Origin: an uncultured Gammaproteobacteria bacterium
GTDB lineage: Bacteria > Pseudomonadota > Gammaproteobacteria > Steroidobacterales > UBA11654
Direction of reading: 5' to 3'
Assembly: GCA_902595845.1 (NCBI GenBank)
Contig: CACJRN010000001.1
Coordinates: 19,111 to 83,110, forward strand
Length of the DNA stretch: 64,000 nucleotides
Each line of letters opens with the position of its first letter. Positions within the stretch are counted from its first letter, which is position 1. The notes under the pieces are model-generated. The model saw only the letters and a list, made by a program, of their open reading frames with translations, ran no database searches and was not told the origin of the DNA. This document shows positions 22,027 to 32,466 of the stretch, piece by piece. Made by a program: the position numbers and the translations under genes.

Positions 22027-22359
22027 ATGAAAGTAACTTCAACATTAAGATATGCAAGGATTTCTCCTCAAAAGACGAGAATGATCGTCGATATGATAAG
22101 AGGTTCCGATGTCTTAGCAGCAATGAGGTTGGTGAAATTTCTTCCTCAGAAAGCTGCGAAGATTGTTTCTAAGGTGCTTGACTCAGCTGTTGCTAATGCT
22201 GAAAACAACCTTGGTTTAGACATAGATGGACTGAAAGTATCGCAGGCCTATGTTGATGAGGCACCAACTTTTAAGAGATTCAGAGCAAGAGCAAGAGGAA
22301 GAGGGACCAGGATTCTGAAAAGAAATAGTCATATCACAATTGAATTATCGGACGAGTAA
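22027..22359 (+). CDS. rplV: 50S ribosomal protein L22
   Basis: 110 aa, [16 protein letters not shown], at the conserved position. Confidence 0.96.
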   Translation: MKVTSTLRYARISPQKTRMIVDMIRGSDVLAAMRLVKFLPQKAAKIVSKVLDSAVANAENNLGLDIDGLKVSQAYVDEAPTFKRFRARARGRGTRILKRNSHITIELSDE

Positions 22360-22360
22360 T

Positions 22361-22999
22361 ATGGGACAAAAAGTACATCCAACAGGCATAAGATTAGGTA
22401 TCAGTAAGAAGTGGTCTTCTAACTGGTTCTCTGACTCATCAAACTTTTCAAAAAATGTTCATCAAGATTTTTTGATTAGGGAGCTTTTAAATAAAAAGCT
22501 CAAGGATGCAGCTGTAAGCAATATACAAATAGAAAGAAGTTCAGATAATGTCACTGTCACTATATTTTCAGCCAGACCTGGGATAGTAATTGGAAAGAAA
22601 GGCGAGGGCATTGAAGGTTTAAGAAAAGAGGTAGCTGGATTGATGGATACATCAATCAATAATGTCTTGTTGAACATAAATGAAATTAAGAAGCCAGAGT
22701 TAGATGCAAAGCTTGTAGCCTCATCTATTACGCAACAACTTGAGAGAAGAGTGCTTTATAGAAGAGCGATGAAAAGAGCAGTTACAAATACTATGAGATT
22801 GGGAGCCAATGGGATCAAGGTAAAAATTGCTGGGCGTCTCAATGGTGCAGAAATAGCAAGATCAGAATGGTATCAAGAAGGCAGAGTACCCCTTCATACT
22901 CTAAAAGCGAATATAGACTATGGGGTTTCAGAGGCGCTCACTACATACGGAATCATTGGTGTAAAAGTCTGGATTTTCCAAGACGACGACACAAAGTAA
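22361..22999 (+). CDS. rpsC: 30S ribosomal protein S3
   Basis: The in-frame ATG at 22361 gives [13 protein letters not shown], the canonical S3 start, 1 nt after the rplV stop. Confidence 0.96.
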   Translation: MGQKVHPTGIRLGISKKWSSNWFSDSSNFSKNVHQDFLIRELLNKKLKDAAVSNIQIERSSDNVTVTIFSARPGIVIGKKGEGIEGLRKEVAGLMDTSINNVLLNINEIKKPELDAKLVASSITQQLERRVLYRRAMKRAVTNTMRLGANGIKVKIAGRLNGAEIARSEWYQEGRVPLHTLKANIDYGVSEALTTYGIIGVKVWIFQDDDTK

Positions 23000-23019
23000 A
23001 AATAGATTAGGAAATTTAA

Positions 23020-23433
23020 ATGTTACAACCAAAGCGAACAAAGTACAGAAAACAAATGAAAGGCAAGAATAGAGGTCTTGCTTCGAGAGGAAGTACCGTT
23101 TCATTTGGTGAATATGGATTAAAAGCTACAGGCCGAGGAAGAATCACAGCAAGACAAATTGAAGCCGCAAGAAGAGCCATGACAAGACATATTAAAAGGG
23201 GCGGAAAGATCTGGATAAGAATTTTCCCTGATAAGCCTATTACCAAAAAGCCTCTTGAGGTAAGACAAGGTAAAGGTAAAGGTAATGTCGAATATTGGGT
23301 CGCACAAATTCAGCCTGGAAAGGTTTTATATGAAATGAGTGGCGTTGAGGAAAGTTTAGCTCAGGAAGCATTTAAACTTGCTGCAGCAAAACTACCAATC
23401 GGCACGAAGTTTGTTAGCAGGCAAATTATATGA
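23020..23433 (+). CDS. rplP: 50S ribosomal protein L16
   Basis: 137 aa beginning [15 protein letters not shown]. Confidence 0.98.
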   Translation: MLQPKRTKYRKQMKGKNRGLASRGSTVSFGEYGLKATGRGRITARQIEAARRAMTRHIKRGGKIWIRIFPDKPITKKPLEVRQGKGKGNVEYWVAQIQPGKVLYEMSGVEESLAQEAFKLAAAKLPIGTKFVSRQII

Positions 23434-23630
23434 TTGATATCAAAGAAATAAGAAACAAGGGAGCGAAGGATCTAGAAAAGATGCTTGATGACCTACTAGA
23501 TGAGCAAATGAAGTTAAGGCTGCAATTTGTCACTGGACAAGTTACAAACTCAAGTCAATTCAAAAAGATTAGAAGAGATATAGCAAGATTAAAAACAGTT
23601 TTGAGTGAACAGAGTAATGGCAATGGATAA
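23430..23630 (+). CDS. rpmC: 50S ribosomal protein L29
   Basis: 66 aa, at the conserved position. ATGA overlap with rplP. Confidence 0.93.
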   Translation: MIDIKEIRNKGAKDLEKMLDDLLDEQMKLRLQFVTGQVTNSSQFKKIRRDIARLKTVLSEQSNGNG

Positions 23631-23886
23631 TCAAAAAAATACAAGAAGAACTACAGGCATTGTTGTCAGTGACTCAATGGATAAATCTGCCACAGTTGCT
23701 GTACAGAGAAGGTTGAAACATCCTCTCTATAATAAATATATATATAAAACTACAAAAATCATGATCCACGATGAAGAAAATGTTTCTAAGGTGGGTGACA
23801 AAGTGACAATTAGAGAATCCAAGCCTATTTCAAAGAATAAGGCCTGGATTTTGGATCAAATTCTAGAGACGAAAAGGGCGGAATAA
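23617..23886 (+). CDS. rpsQ: 30S ribosomal protein S17
   Basis: S17-like core ([28 protein letters not shown]). The start is ambiguous between ATG 23617 and ATG 23623. The listed GTG at 23605 is less likely. Confidence 0.9.
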   Translation: MAMDNQKNTRRTTGIVVSDSMDKSATVAVQRRLKHPLYNKYIYKTTKIMIHDEENVSKVGDKVTIRESKPISKNKAWILDQILETKRAE

Positions 23887-23888
23887 AG

Positions 23889-24257
23889 ATGATTCAAACT
23901 GAAACAATGCTCAATATTGCAGATAACAGTGGCGCAAGGAAAGTGCTCTGCATAAAAGTCCTTGGTGGATCAAAAAAGAGGTATGCAAGAATTGGAGACA
24001 TCATTAAGGTGACAGTCAAGGATGCAATCCCAAGAGGTAAAGTCAAAAAGGGTGATGTTTATGATGCTTTGGTTGTAAGGACTAAACATGGAGTAAGAAG
24101 ATCAGATGGTTCACTTATCAGATTTGATGGAAATGCTGCAGTTCTTTTAGATAACAAGCTGGAGCCTATTGGAACAAGGGTATTTGGGCCTGTAACCAGA
24201 GAGTTAAGAGCAAAGAAACAGCTTAAGATCATTTCTTTAGCTCCAGAAGTAATATAG
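23889..24257 (+). CDS. rplN: 50S ribosomal protein L14
   Basis: 122 aa beginning [17 protein letters not shown]. Only 2 nt after rpsQ. Confidence 0.98.
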   Translation: MIQTETMLNIADNSGARKVLCIKVLGGSKKRYARIGDIIKVTVKDAIPRGKVKKGDVYDALVVRTKHGVRRSDGSLIRFDGNAAVLLDNKLEPIGTRVFGPVTRELRAKKQLKIISLAPEVI

Positions 24258-24267
24258 GAATATTGAG

Positions 24268-24585
24268 TTGAAAAAGATAAAAAAAGGCGATCAAGTAATA
24301 GTGCTTTCTGGAAAGGATAAAGGAAGGACTGGGACTGTATTGAGTATTCTCAAGAACTCAAAAGTGCTTGTTGAGAATGTCAATATTGTAAAGAAACATC
24401 AAAAAGGCAATCCCAATACTGGACAAGAAGGTGGAATCATCGAAAAAGAAATGCCAGTTCATATTTCAAATGTGATGTTGTTAAACCCAATTACAAATCA
24501 ACCAGATAGAGTGGGCATAAAGAAACTCGAAGATGGAACAAAAGTAAGATATTTCAAGTCAAATAATGAGGTTGTGGATATTTAA
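24268..24585 (+). CDS. rplX: 50S ribosomal protein L24
   Basis: 105 aa with a TTG start and KOW motif ([18 protein letters not shown]). Confidence 0.95.
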   Translation: MKKIKKGDQVIVLSGKDKGRTGTVLSILKNSKVLVENVNIVKKHQKGNPNTGQEGGIIEKEMPVHISNVMLLNPITNQPDRVGIKKLEDGTKVRYFKSNNEVVDI

Positions 24586-24587
24586 AA

Positions 24588-25346
24588 ATGGCAAGGTTAA
24601 AAGAGAAATATAACCAAGAAATCAAGAACAATCTTCAGAAGAAGCTTGGCCTTTCAAATGTAATGGAAGTTCCAGAAATCAAAAAGATTACAGTGAATAT
24701 GGGTGTTGGGGAAGCTGTTCAGGATAAGAAGACGATCGAGAAGGCTGTTGCAGATCTAGAAAAAATATCTGGTCAAAAGGTATTGATTACTCGTGCAAGA
24801 AAATCAGTTGCATCGTTCAAGATAAGAGAAGGAATGCCTATAGGTGTGAAAGTAACATTGAGAAGAGAAAGGATGTACGAATTTTTGGACAGACTGATTA
24901 GTATTGCATTGCCACGTGTAAGAGACTTTAGGGGTTTAAATAGAAAGTCCTTTGATGGGAATGGCAACTATAGTCTCGGTGTCAAAGAGCAAATTATCTT
25001 CCCTGAAATTGATTACGACAAGATAGATAAGATTAGAGGTTTAGACATCAGCATCACAACAAGCGCTAAAAATGACGAAGAAGGTTTGGCGTTGTTAAAA
25101 GAATTCAACTTCCCTATAAAAGACGCTCCAAAAAATGCTTCAAAGGATGAAGCTGAAGTAGAAGAGGTCCTAGAGAAAGTAGATGCAGAGCCTGAAGTTG
25201 AAGAAGCTGAAGAAGTGATTGAGGCAGCTGGTGAAGAGAATAGTGCAAATGCCAAAGAGGCTAATATGTCAGTCGATGCAAAGCCTGAGTCAGAAGAAGA
25301 ATCTGAATCAGAAGACAAAGAAACAGAAATTGAGGAAAAAGAATGA
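24588..25346 (+). CDS. rplE: 50S ribosomal protein L5 with a ~73-aa acidic C-terminal extension
   Basis: The canonical L5 core ends at ...EFNFPIKD (about residue 179). The same frame then continues for 73 Glu/Asp/Ala-rich residues to the ATGA overlap with rpsN. Confidence 0.95.
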   Translation: MARLKEKYNQEIKNNLQKKLGLSNVMEVPEIKKITVNMGVGEAVQDKKTIEKAVADLEKISGQKVLITRARKSVASFKIREGMPIGVKVTLRRERMYEFLDRLISIALPRVRDFRGLNRKSFDGNGNYSLGVKEQIIFPEIDYDKIDKIRGLDISITTSAKNDEEGLALLKEFNFPIKDAPKNASKDEAEVEEVLEKVDAEPEVEEAEEVIEAAGEENSANAKEANMSVDAKPESEEESESEDKETEIEEKE

Positions 25347-25648
25347 CTAGGAAAGCAATCGTTGAGAGAGAACTCAAGCGAATGAGAACAGTTGAAAAGT
25401 ATGCCGAAAAAAGAGCATCTCTCAAAGCTATTCTTCGAGATGTCAATGCATCTTATGAAGAGAAAAATGAAGCAAGGATAAAATTACAAAAATTACCAAG
25501 AAATGCGAGCCCATCGAGACTTAGAAATCGCTGTTCAATAACTGGTAGACCTAAGGGATATTATCGTAAATTTGGACTTGGAAGAAGCAAGCTTAGAGAA
25601 GAAGCAATGAAAGGAAATATACCAGGACTGCACAAAGCAAGCTGGTAA
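25343..25648 (+). CDS. rpsN: 30S ribosomal protein S14
   Basis: 101 aa (long form), ending ...[11 protein letters not shown]. Confidence 0.96.
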   Translation: MTRKAIVERELKRMRTVEKYAEKRASLKAILRDVNASYEEKNEARIKLQKLPRNASPSRLRNRCSITGRPKGYYRKFGLGRSKLREEAMKGNIPGLHKASW

Positions 25649-25663
25649 AAAAAGGAAATAGAT

Positions 25664-26062
25664 ATGACAATGACAGATCCAATTGCTGATATGTTAACAA
25701 GAATTAGAAACGCTCATAAGATAAGCGCTTTCAGTGTTTCTATTCCTCATTCAAAGATAAAAGAAAGCATTGCTTCAGTGCTTTTGGAAGAAGGCTATAT
25801 CAAAGGGTTTAGCTCTGAAGAGTCTGAAAATAATAAAAGCAATTTGAATATTGAACTAAAGTATTTTGACGGCAAGCCGGTTATTGAAAAACTTGATAGA
25901 GTCAGCAGACCCGGATTAAGAATATACAAGCAAACATCTGAAATTCCTCGTGTTATGGGCGGACTAGGTGTTGCAATTGTTTCTACCTCAGCTGGGGTCA
26001 TGAGCGACAGAAAAGCAAGAGAAATTGGACAAGGCGGAGAAGTCTTGTGTGTGGTGTCTTAA
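25664..26062 (+). CDS. rpsH: 30S ribosomal protein S8
   Basis: 132 aa beginning [17 protein letters not shown]. Confidence 0.97.
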   Translation: MTMTDPIADMLTRIRNAHKISAFSVSIPHSKIKESIASVLLEEGYIKGFSSEESENNKSNLNIELKYFDGKPVIEKLDRVSRPGLRIYKQTSEIPRVMGGLGVAIVSTSAGVMSDRKAREIGQGGEVLCVVS

Positions 26063-26079
26063 ATTAAGTAGGTTATAAA

Positions 26080-26625
26080 ATGTCTAGAATAGAAAAACAA
26101 CCAGTAGTTATCCCTGAAGCGGTTAAAGTCAATATAGTTGATGCTGAAAATCTACTCACAGTGAAAGGTCCTAAAGGGGAGTTATCACTGGACTTAATTA
26201 ATAATATTTCAGTCTCGCTTCTAGAAGATGGTGCCGTAAAAGTCTCATCTGATGGTAAGACTCGTTTTTCTAAAGCTGCTGCTGGAACCTTTAGGAGCTT
26301 GATTCAAAACATGGTAATAGGCGTTACAGAAGGTTATGTAAAAGAGTTAGAGCTTATTGGTGTTGGATACAGAGCTAAATCTCAAGGTAAAACATTGAAT
26401 TTAACTTTGGGCTTTTCTCATCCTGTTAACTATGAAGTTCCAGAGGGAATCGAAATATCAACACCTTCTCAAACTGAGATCAGTATTTCTGGAATGGACA
26501 AGCAAAAAGTTGGACAAGTTGCAGCTGAGCTTCGAGCTATAAGACCACCAGAGCCATATAAAGGCAAGGGCGTAAGATATAAAGGTGAGCAAATTACACT
26601 GAAAGAAACCAAGAAAGCTGTTTAA
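26080..26625 (+). CDS. rplF: 50S ribosomal protein L6
   Basis: 181 aa beginning [12 protein letters not shown], with [11 protein letters not shown] near the C-terminus. Confidence 0.97.
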   Translation: MSRIEKQPVVIPEAVKVNIVDAENLLTVKGPKGELSLDLINNISVSLLEDGAVKVSSDGKTRFSKAAAGTFRSLIQNMVIGVTEGYVKELELIGVGYRAKSQGKTLNLTLGFSHPVNYEVPEGIEISTPSQTEISISGMDKQKVGQVAAELRAIRPPEPYKGKGVRYKGEQITLKETKKAV

Positions 26626-26636
26626 AGAATAAAGTT

Positions 26637-26996
26637 ATGATTTCAAAAATTGATAAAAGAAAAAGAAGAGCAAAAAAGGTTAGAGCTAAAATAAAAGAGC
26701 TTGAAGCTCACAGATTGTCTATACATAGATCATCAAATCATATCTATGCTCAAATCATAGCACCAGATGATAAGACAATAGCTGCGACTTCTAGTCTCGA
26801 CCCTGAAGTAAAGAAAATCTTAGGGGATAAAATAAAAGGAAAAATCGAGATAGCAAAAGCTGTAGGGCAGCAAATTGCTGAGAAAGCAAAAAAAGCAAAA
26901 ATCAGCAAAGTGGCATTTGATAGATCTGGATTTTTATATCACGGAAGAGTAAAAGCTTTGGCTGAATCAGCCAGAGAAAATGGATTGGACTTTTAA
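26637..26996 (+). CDS. rplR: 50S ribosomal protein L18
   Basis: 119 aa, with [26 protein letters not shown] at the C-terminus. Confidence 0.96.
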   Translation: MISKIDKRKRRAKKVRAKIKELEAHRLSIHRSSNHIYAQIIAPDDKTIAATSSLDPEVKKILGDKIKGKIEIAKAVGQQIAEKAKKAKISKVAFDRSGFLYHGRVKALAESARENGLDF

Positions 26997-26998
26997 AT

Positions 26999-27016
26999 AT
27001 GAATATGAATATGAAT
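26999..27016 (+). repeat. (ATGAAT)x3 tandem hexamer at the rpsE start
   Basis: atgaat atgaat atgaat read directly from the sequence. The wider tract 26996-27019 is (aatatg)x3 plus aatata. Confidence 0.95.
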
Positions 27017-27508
27017 ATAGAAAAGCAAGCTGACGAGCTAATAGAGAAATTGGTAGCAGTCAATCGGGTAGCAAAAGTTGTGAAAGGCGGAAGACAATTT
27101 GGCTTTGCAGCAATTACAGTTGTTGGCGATGGCAGAGGAAAAATTGGCATGGGCTATGGTAAAGCTAAGGAAGTTCCTTTAGCTATTCAAAAAGCGATGC
27201 AAGCTGCAAGAAAAGATTTACATCAAGTTTCTCTAAAAGATGACACGATTTTTTACGAAGTAAATGGTAGACATGGGGCAACAAAGGTTTTTATGCAACC
27301 TGCAGCTGATGGTACTGGTATCATCGCAGGCGGTGCGATGAGGGCAGTTTTCGAATGTGTTGGTATTCGAAATATTTTGGCAAAAAGTTATGGATCAAGA
27401 AATCCGATTAATCTAGTTAGAGCCACAATTAATGCTCTGGACTCTATGCGTTCTCCTCAAAGAGTTGCAAAAAGAAGAGGAATTCCAGTATCAAAAATAT
27501 TTACATAA
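26999..27508 (+). CDS. rpsE: 30S ribosomal protein S5
   Basis: Contains the S5 core ([17 protein letters not shown]). There are three tandem in-frame ATGs (26999, 27005, 27011). The third would best mimic the E. coli N-terminus (MAHIEKQ), so the exact start is uncertain. Confidence 0.93.
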   Translation: MNMNMNIEKQADELIEKLVAVNRVAKVVKGGRQFGFAAITVVGDGRGKIGMGYGKAKEVPLAIQKAMQAARKDLHQVSLKDDTIFYEVNGRHGATKVFMQPAADGTGIIAGGAMRAVFECVGIRNILAKSYGSRNPINLVRATINALDSMRSPQRVAKRRGIPVSKIFT

Positions 27509-27511
27509 AAC

Positions 27512-27706
27512 ATGAATAAGAAAGTAAATAAAGTGAGAATCAAACTGGTGAAGAGCCGCTTCGGCAGAATCAAGAAGCATGCTGCATCACTTTCAGGACT
27601 TGGCTTGAGAAAGATCAACCAAGAAGTTCTTATTGATGCCACTCCTGAAAATATGGGAATGGTTAATAAAGTTAGATATCTGCTAGAAGTTGAGGAAGTG
27701 AAATGA
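27512..27706 (+). CDS. rpmD: 50S ribosomal protein L30
   Basis: 64 aa, at the conserved spc-operon position between rpsE and rplO. Confidence 0.92.
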   Translation: MNKKVNKVRIKLVKSRFGRIKKHAASLSGLGLRKINQEVLIDATPENMGMVNKVRYLLEVEEVK

Positions 27707-28134
27707 AATTGAATGAGCTAAAACCTAATCCAGGCAGTAAATCTAAGAAGTTTAGAAAAGGAAAAGGGCATGCTTCTGGCCTAGGAAAAACTTCTGGTAG
27801 AGGCCACAAGGGTCAAAAATCTCGATCAGGCGGCTTTCATAAAGTAGGATTCGAGGGCGGTCAAATGCCTTTACAGAGAAGAGTGCCAAAAAGAGGTTTC
27901 ACATCTAACCAAAAAGATTCTGCAGAACTCAGACTTGATCAGCTTGACAAGATTGAAGCTGATGTCATCGACATTGATGCACTTAAGAATGCAAACATGA
28001 TTCCAAGATACATTCAGAGAGTTAAAGTTATTGCATCAGGCTCAATTGAGAAAGCTGTCAAATTACAAGGTATTAAATTGAGCAAAGGCGCTGAAGAGGC
28101 TGTCACAAAGGCTGGCGGAACAATACTGGATTAA
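27703..28134 (+). CDS. rplO: 50S ribosomal protein L15
   Basis: 143 aa with a Gly/Lys/Arg-rich N-terminus ([13 protein letters not shown]). ATGA overlap with rpmD. Confidence 0.96.
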   Translation: MKLNELKPNPGSKSKKFRKGKGHASGLGKTSGRGHKGQKSRSGGFHKVGFEGGQMPLQRRVPKRGFTSNQKDSAELRLDQLDKIEADVIDIDALKNANMIPRYIQRVKVIASGSIEKAVKLQGIKLSKGAEEAVTKAGGTILD

Positions 28135-28136
28135 TT

Positions 28137-29477
28137 ATGGCTAATACTATCAACACTGCAGGTGGATCATTTGCTGATATGTCTAGGTTTACTGAACTCA
28201 GGCAACGCTTGTTTTTCTTGATAGGTGCATTAATTGTATACAGAATTGGAACCTATATACCTGTTCCAGGCATAGACCCAAATGCATTGCAGAGCTTTTT
28301 TGAAGAGCAATCTGGAACAATCCTAAGTATGTTCAATATGTTTTCAGGGGGCGCGCTTGAAAGGTTAAGCATATTTGCACTTGGAATCTTCCCATACATC
28401 TCATGCTCAATTGTGATGCAAATGGCAAGTGTAACCATCCCCACTCTTAAAGAGCTTAAAAAGGAAGGCGAGTCTGGTAGAAGAAAGATCACACAATATA
28501 CTAGATATGGGACGGTTTTTTTGGCTGCATTTCAGTCATTTGGCGCTTCAATTGCACTTCAAAATCAAGGTGTTGTTGTAACTCCAGGGTTCAACTTCCT
28601 ATTTACTGCTTGCGTGACACTTGTTACAGGAACAATGTTTCTGATGTGGTTAGGGGAGCAGATTACAGAAAGAGGTATTGGAAATGGTATCTCAATGATT
28701 ATATTAGCCAGCATTATTTCTGGTTTGCCATCGGCAATAGGCGGTACTTTAGAATTAGCCAATACTGGTGAGATTTCATCTGCCCTTGTTTTGATTCTTC
28801 TTATCCTTGTTGTGGCCGTTACATCCTTTGTGGTTTTCATTGAGAGAGGGCAGAGAAGAATTCCAGTGAATTATGCAAAAAGACAGCAGGGCAGAAGAAT
28901 GATGCAAGGACAATCCACTCATCTGCCATTTAAAATCAACATGTCAGGAGTTATCCCTCCGATATTTGCATCTAGTATCATTTTATTTCCAGCAACAATA
29001 GCAAGTTGGTTTGGAACATCAGAAGGTTTTGACTGGCTTCAAGATATCGCTGCAAGTTTGGCACCTGGACAGCCGATCTATATTCTACTTTATGCTGGTT
29101 TGATTATGTTTTTCTGCTTTTTTTATACATCCTTGGTATTTGATTCTAAAGATACCGCCGATAACTTGCAGAGGTCTGGTGCTTTTATGCCTGGAATTAG
29201 ACCAGGAAGGCAAACTGCAGAATATATAGATAAAGTGTTAACAAGGTTAACTTTTTGGGGCGGATTGTATATCATGCTCGTCTGCTTGATTCCAGAGTTT
29301 ATGATTCTCTACTTTAGAGTGCCATTTTACTTTGGTGGTACATCGCTTCTGATCATTGTGGTTGTGGCGATGGACTTTATGGCTCAATTACAGGCATTAA
29401 TGATGTCAAAGCAATATGAAGGGCTTATGAAAAAAGCAAACTTAAAAAATTATGGAAGAGGCGGGCGGCCTAGATAG
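28137..29477 (+). CDS. secY: Preprotein translocase subunit SecY
   Basis: 446-aa, 10-TM protein at the conserved position, with the [17 protein letters not shown] motif. Confidence 0.98.
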   Translation: MANTINTAGGSFADMSRFTELRQRLFFLIGALIVYRIGTYIPVPGIDPNALQSFFEEQSGTILSMFNMFSGGALERLSIFALGIFPYISCSIVMQMASVTIPTLKELKKEGESGRRKITQYTRYGTVFLAAFQSFGASIALQNQGVVVTPGFNFLFTACVTLVTGTMFLMWLGEQITERGIGNGISMIILASIISGLPSAIGGTLELANTGEISSALVLILLILVVAVTSFVVFIERGQRRIPVNYAKRQQGRRMMQGQSTHLPFKINMSGVIPPIFASSIILFPATIASWFGTSEGFDWLQDIAASLAPGQPIYILLYAGLIMFFCFFYTSLVFDSKDTADNLQRSGAFMPGIRPGRQTAEYIDKVLTRLTFWGGLYIMLVCLIPEFMILYFRVPFYFGGTSLLIIVVVAMDFMAQLQALMMSKQYEGLMKKANLKNYGRGGRPR

Positions 29478-29486
29478 GAAAATGAG

Positions 29487-29600
29487 ATGAAAGTTAGAGC
29501 ATCAGTAAAGAAAATTTGTAGAAACTGCAAGGTCATTAGAAGGCATGGCGTTGTCAGAGTTATATGTAAAGACCCAAGGCATAAACAGAGGCAAGGATAA
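29487..29600 (+). CDS. rpmJ: 50S ribosomal protein L36 (not in the ORF track; below its length cutoff)
   Basis: Manual translation gives [37 protein letters not shown] followed by a stop (37 aa). ATG at 29487, TAA at 29598-29600. Canonical position between secY and rpsM. Confidence 0.95.
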   Translation: MKVRASVKKICRNCKVIRRHGVVRVICKDPRHKQRQG

Positions 29601-29602
29601 TC

Positions 29603-29959
29603 ATGGCAAGGATAGCAGGAGTAAATATACCAGATAATAAACATGTCAGAGTTTCACTAACTTATGTATATGGGGTTGGAAATTCACTAGCAGCCTCAAT
29701 TTGCGATAAGCTCAGCATTGCTCAAGATACAAAAGTTATGGATCTATCAGAACAAGAGCTTGAGAGTATTAGAACAGAGTTAGGTAACTATCTTGTAGAG
29801 GGTGATCTTAGAAGAGATACATCAACCAATATAAAAAGATTAATGGATCTAGGGTGCTATAGAGGAATTAGACATAGAAGGGGTTTGCCTGTCAGAGGAC
29901 AGAAAAGCAAAACCAATGCTAGAACTAGAAAAGGCCCTAAAAAGCCAATGAGAGCTTAA
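29603..29959 (+). CDS. rpsM: 30S ribosomal protein S13
   Basis: 118 aa beginning [15 protein letters not shown]. Only 2 nt after rpmJ. Confidence 0.98.
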   Translation: MARIAGVNIPDNKHVRVSLTYVYGVGNSLAASICDKLSIAQDTKVMDLSEQELESIRTELGNYLVEGDLRRDTSTNIKRLMDLGCYRGIRHRRGLPVRGQKSKTNARTRKGPKKPMRA

Positions 29960-29968
29960 GGAAGAAAT

Positions 29969-30349
29969 ATGGCTGTTGGAAAGAAAAAGAAAACTAAGAA
30001 AAATGTTATTGAAGGCGTTGCGCACATTCATGCGTCATTTAACAACACAATCATCACTATAACAGATAGATCAGGAAATACATTGGCATGGGCAACTGCA
30101 GGCGGATCAGGTTTTAGAGGTTCAAGAAAGAGCACTCCATTTGCTGCACAAATCGCAGCTGAGAGAGCTGGCACAAAAGCTCAAGAATATGGATTAAAAG
30201 ATATTTCCGTAAAAGTTAAAGGGCCTGGGCCTGGCAGGGAATCTGCACTCAGAGCTCTAAATGCAATAGGACTTAATGTTGTCAGTATAGAAGATGTTAC
30301 ACCATTGCCACATAACGGTTGTCGTCCGCCAAAACAAAGAAGGGTATAA
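29969..30349 (+). CDS. rpsK: 30S ribosomal protein S11
   Basis: 126 aa with [18 protein letters not shown]. Confidence 0.98.
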   Translation: MAVGKKKKTKKNVIEGVAHIHASFNNTIITITDRSGNTLAWATAGGSGFRGSRKSTPFAAQIAAERAGTKAQEYGLKDISVKVKGPGPGRESALRALNAIGLNVVSIEDVTPLPHNGCRPPKQRRV

Positions 30350-30363
30350 AGAGGTAAATACTA

Positions 30364-30987
30364 ATGGCTAGATATTTGGGACCAAAATGTAAGCTTTCAA
30401 GAAGGGAAGGCACAGACTTATTCCTCAAAAGTGGAATCAAACCAATTGAGAGTAAATGCAAACTCAATTCAATTCCTGGATCAAAGGTTGGTTCAAGAAG
30501 GGAACGACTGTCTGATTATGGTAATCAGTTACGAGAAAAGCAGAAACTAAGACGAATGTATGGCGTCATGGAAAAGCAGTTTAGAAATTATTATAAAAAA
30601 GCTTCTAAGCTCAAGGGGTCAACTGGTGAAAACTTGTTAAAACTTTTGGAAGGTAGATTGGACAATATGGTATATCGGATGGGTTTTGCAGTAACAAGAG
30701 CAGAAGCAAGGCAGCTGGTAAGCCACAAATCTATTATGGTTAATGGACAGGTTATTAATATTCCATCATATCAAGTCAATGTCAGCGACGAAATTTCTGT
30801 TACTGATAAAGGAAAAGATCAGCTCCGAGTTAAGAATGCAGTAAATATTTCATCACAGCTCGGTATTAGCGAGTGGTTAAGTGTTGATCAGAAGAAGTTG
30901 AAAGGCATTGTGAATTCAATACCTGAAAGGGAAGATATCTTGCCTGATATTCAAGAAAACTTAGTAGTTGAGTTTTATTCAAAATAA
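30364..30987 (+). CDS. rpsD: 30S ribosomal protein S4
   Basis: 207 aa beginning [24 protein letters not shown]. Confidence 0.98.
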   Translation: MARYLGPKCKLSRREGTDLFLKSGIKPIESKCKLNSIPGSKVGSRRERLSDYGNQLREKQKLRRMYGVMEKQFRNYYKKASKLKGSTGENLLKLLEGRLDNMVYRMGFAVTRAEARQLVSHKSIMVNGQVINIPSYQVNVSDEISVTDKGKDQLRVKNAVNISSQLGISEWLSVDQKKLKGIVNSIPEREDILPDIQENLVVEFYSK

Positions 30988-31005
30988 TTTTTTTAGGAGA
31001 TTTTT

Positions 31006-32043
31006 ATGTCTGAAAATGAAAATGAAATCTTAGAAGAGATCATTGAAGAGGAAGAAGTTGAAAAAGAAGAAATTGTCTTAGATCTTCTGAATCCAATGGT
31101 CATTAAGTTGGAGTCTCAGAATGATCTCCATTCAAGAGTATCCATAGAGCCTTTTGAAAGAGGTTTTGGCTATACACTGGGTAATGCGATCAGAAGAGTG
31201 CTCCTTTCTAGCCTCCCAGGTTATGCAATTACTGAAGCTCAGATAGATGGTGTATTGCATGAATATACTACCATTGAAGGCGTTCAAGAGGACGTAGTTG
31301 AGATCTTATTAAACCTTAAAGGTGTTGCCATCAATATTCATGATAGAGATTCAGCCGATTTTGTGATTAGCAAAAAAGGACCATGTACTGTGACTGCTGG
31401 AGATATTCAGGTTGATGGAGATACAGAGATTGTAAATCCTGATCATCACATTGCAACGATTAGCTCAAAGAAAGAATTAAAAATGCAGATTAAGATTGAG
31501 AAAGGAACAGGATATCGCCCAGTCCCTACTCAAAGTAAAGATGCTGATGTAACAATTGGTTTACTGAAGCTAGATGCATCATTTAGCCCAATTAAAACAG
31601 TTACATATTCAGTTGAAGCTGCGAGAGTAGAGAATAGAACAGATTTGGATAAACTTATTGTTGACTTAGAAACAGATGGAACAATAGATCCTGAAAGGGC
31701 AATTAAATATGCGGGCGCTATCCTCCAAAACCAGCTCAGTATTTTTACAAATTTGACAAGAGTACAAGAGCAAAAGAAAGAGGAAGAAGAAGTTCTTATA
31801 GATCCAATTATGCTCAGGCCTGTGGATGAGCTTGAGTTGACTGTGAGGTCTGCAAATTGTCTGAAAGCAGAAAATGCCAACTATATCGGTGATCTTGTTC
31901 AAAAAACTGAAGTTGAATTACTGCGTACTCCTAACTTAGGTAAGAAATCTCTTAATGAGATTAAGGAAGTCCTTGCTAGTCATGGACTATCTCTTGGAAT
32001 GGAGTTAGAGAACTGGCCACCAAAAGAGGCTGTTGTAGACTAA
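31006..32043 (+). CDS. rpoA: DNA-directed RNA polymerase subunit alpha, with an acidic N-terminal extension
   Basis: 345 aa. An AGGAG Shine-Dalgarno sequence lies 5-6 nt before the ATG. The conserved core starts at ...[10 protein letters not shown]...[23 protein letters not shown], and the C-terminal domain has [11 protein letters not shown]. Confidence 0.97.
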   Translation: MSENENEILEEIIEEEEVEKEEIVLDLLNPMVIKLESQNDLHSRVSIEPFERGFGYTLGNAIRRVLLSSLPGYAITEAQIDGVLHEYTTIEGVQEDVVEILLNLKGVAINIHDRDSADFVISKKGPCTVTAGDIQVDGDTEIVNPDHHIATISSKKELKMQIKIEKGTGYRPVPTQSKDADVTIGLLKLDASFSPIKTVTYSVEAARVENRTDLDKLIVDLETDGTIDPERAIKYAGAILQNQLSIFTNLTRVQEQKKEEEEVLIDPIMLRPVDELELTVRSANCLKAENANYIGDLVQKTEVELLRTPNLGKKSLNEIKEVLASHGLSLGMELENWPPKEAVVD

Positions 32044-32068
32044 TATTTGTATTCACTGAGAGTTTAAG

Positions 32069-32458
32069 ATGAGACATAGAAAGACAGGAAGAAGACTAGG
32101 AAGAACGAGCAGTCATCGAAAAGCTATGTATAGAAATATGGCGGCTTCATTGATTGAGCATGAGTCTATTTCCACAACCTTGCCTAAGGCCAAAGAACTT
32201 AGAAAAACTGTCGAGCCTCTTATAACTCTTGCAAAAGAGGATGGTGTTTCTAGAAGGAGGCGCGCCTTTGACTTACTCAGGGACAAGAGAGCTGTAGGCA
32301 AACTTTTTACTGAAATCGGCCCAAGATTTAAAGACAGACCTGGCGGATACCTAAGAATTCTAAAAAGCGGTATCCGAAATGGTGATACTGCTCCAATGGC
32401 AGTTATTCAACTTGTAGACTATAATTTTGATAATCAGTTAAATGAACAATCAGAATAG
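32069..32458 (+). CDS. rplQ: 50S ribosomal protein L17
   Basis: 129 aa beginning [20 protein letters not shown]. Confidence 0.97.
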   Translation: MRHRKTGRRLGRTSSHRKAMYRNMAASLIEHESISTTLPKAKELRKTVEPLITLAKEDGVSRRRRAFDLLRDKRAVGKLFTEIGPRFKDRPGGYLRILKSGIRNGDTAPMAVIQLVDYNFDNQLNEQSE

Positions 32459-32466
32459 TTTACATT

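Noticed and set aside
25013-25318. 101-aa Ser/Asp-rich antisense ORF opposite the rplE tail.
   Set aside because: The reverse complement of GAA/GAG-rich codons yields TTC/CTC and Ser-rich frames without stops. It is an artefact of the acidic low-complexity tract.
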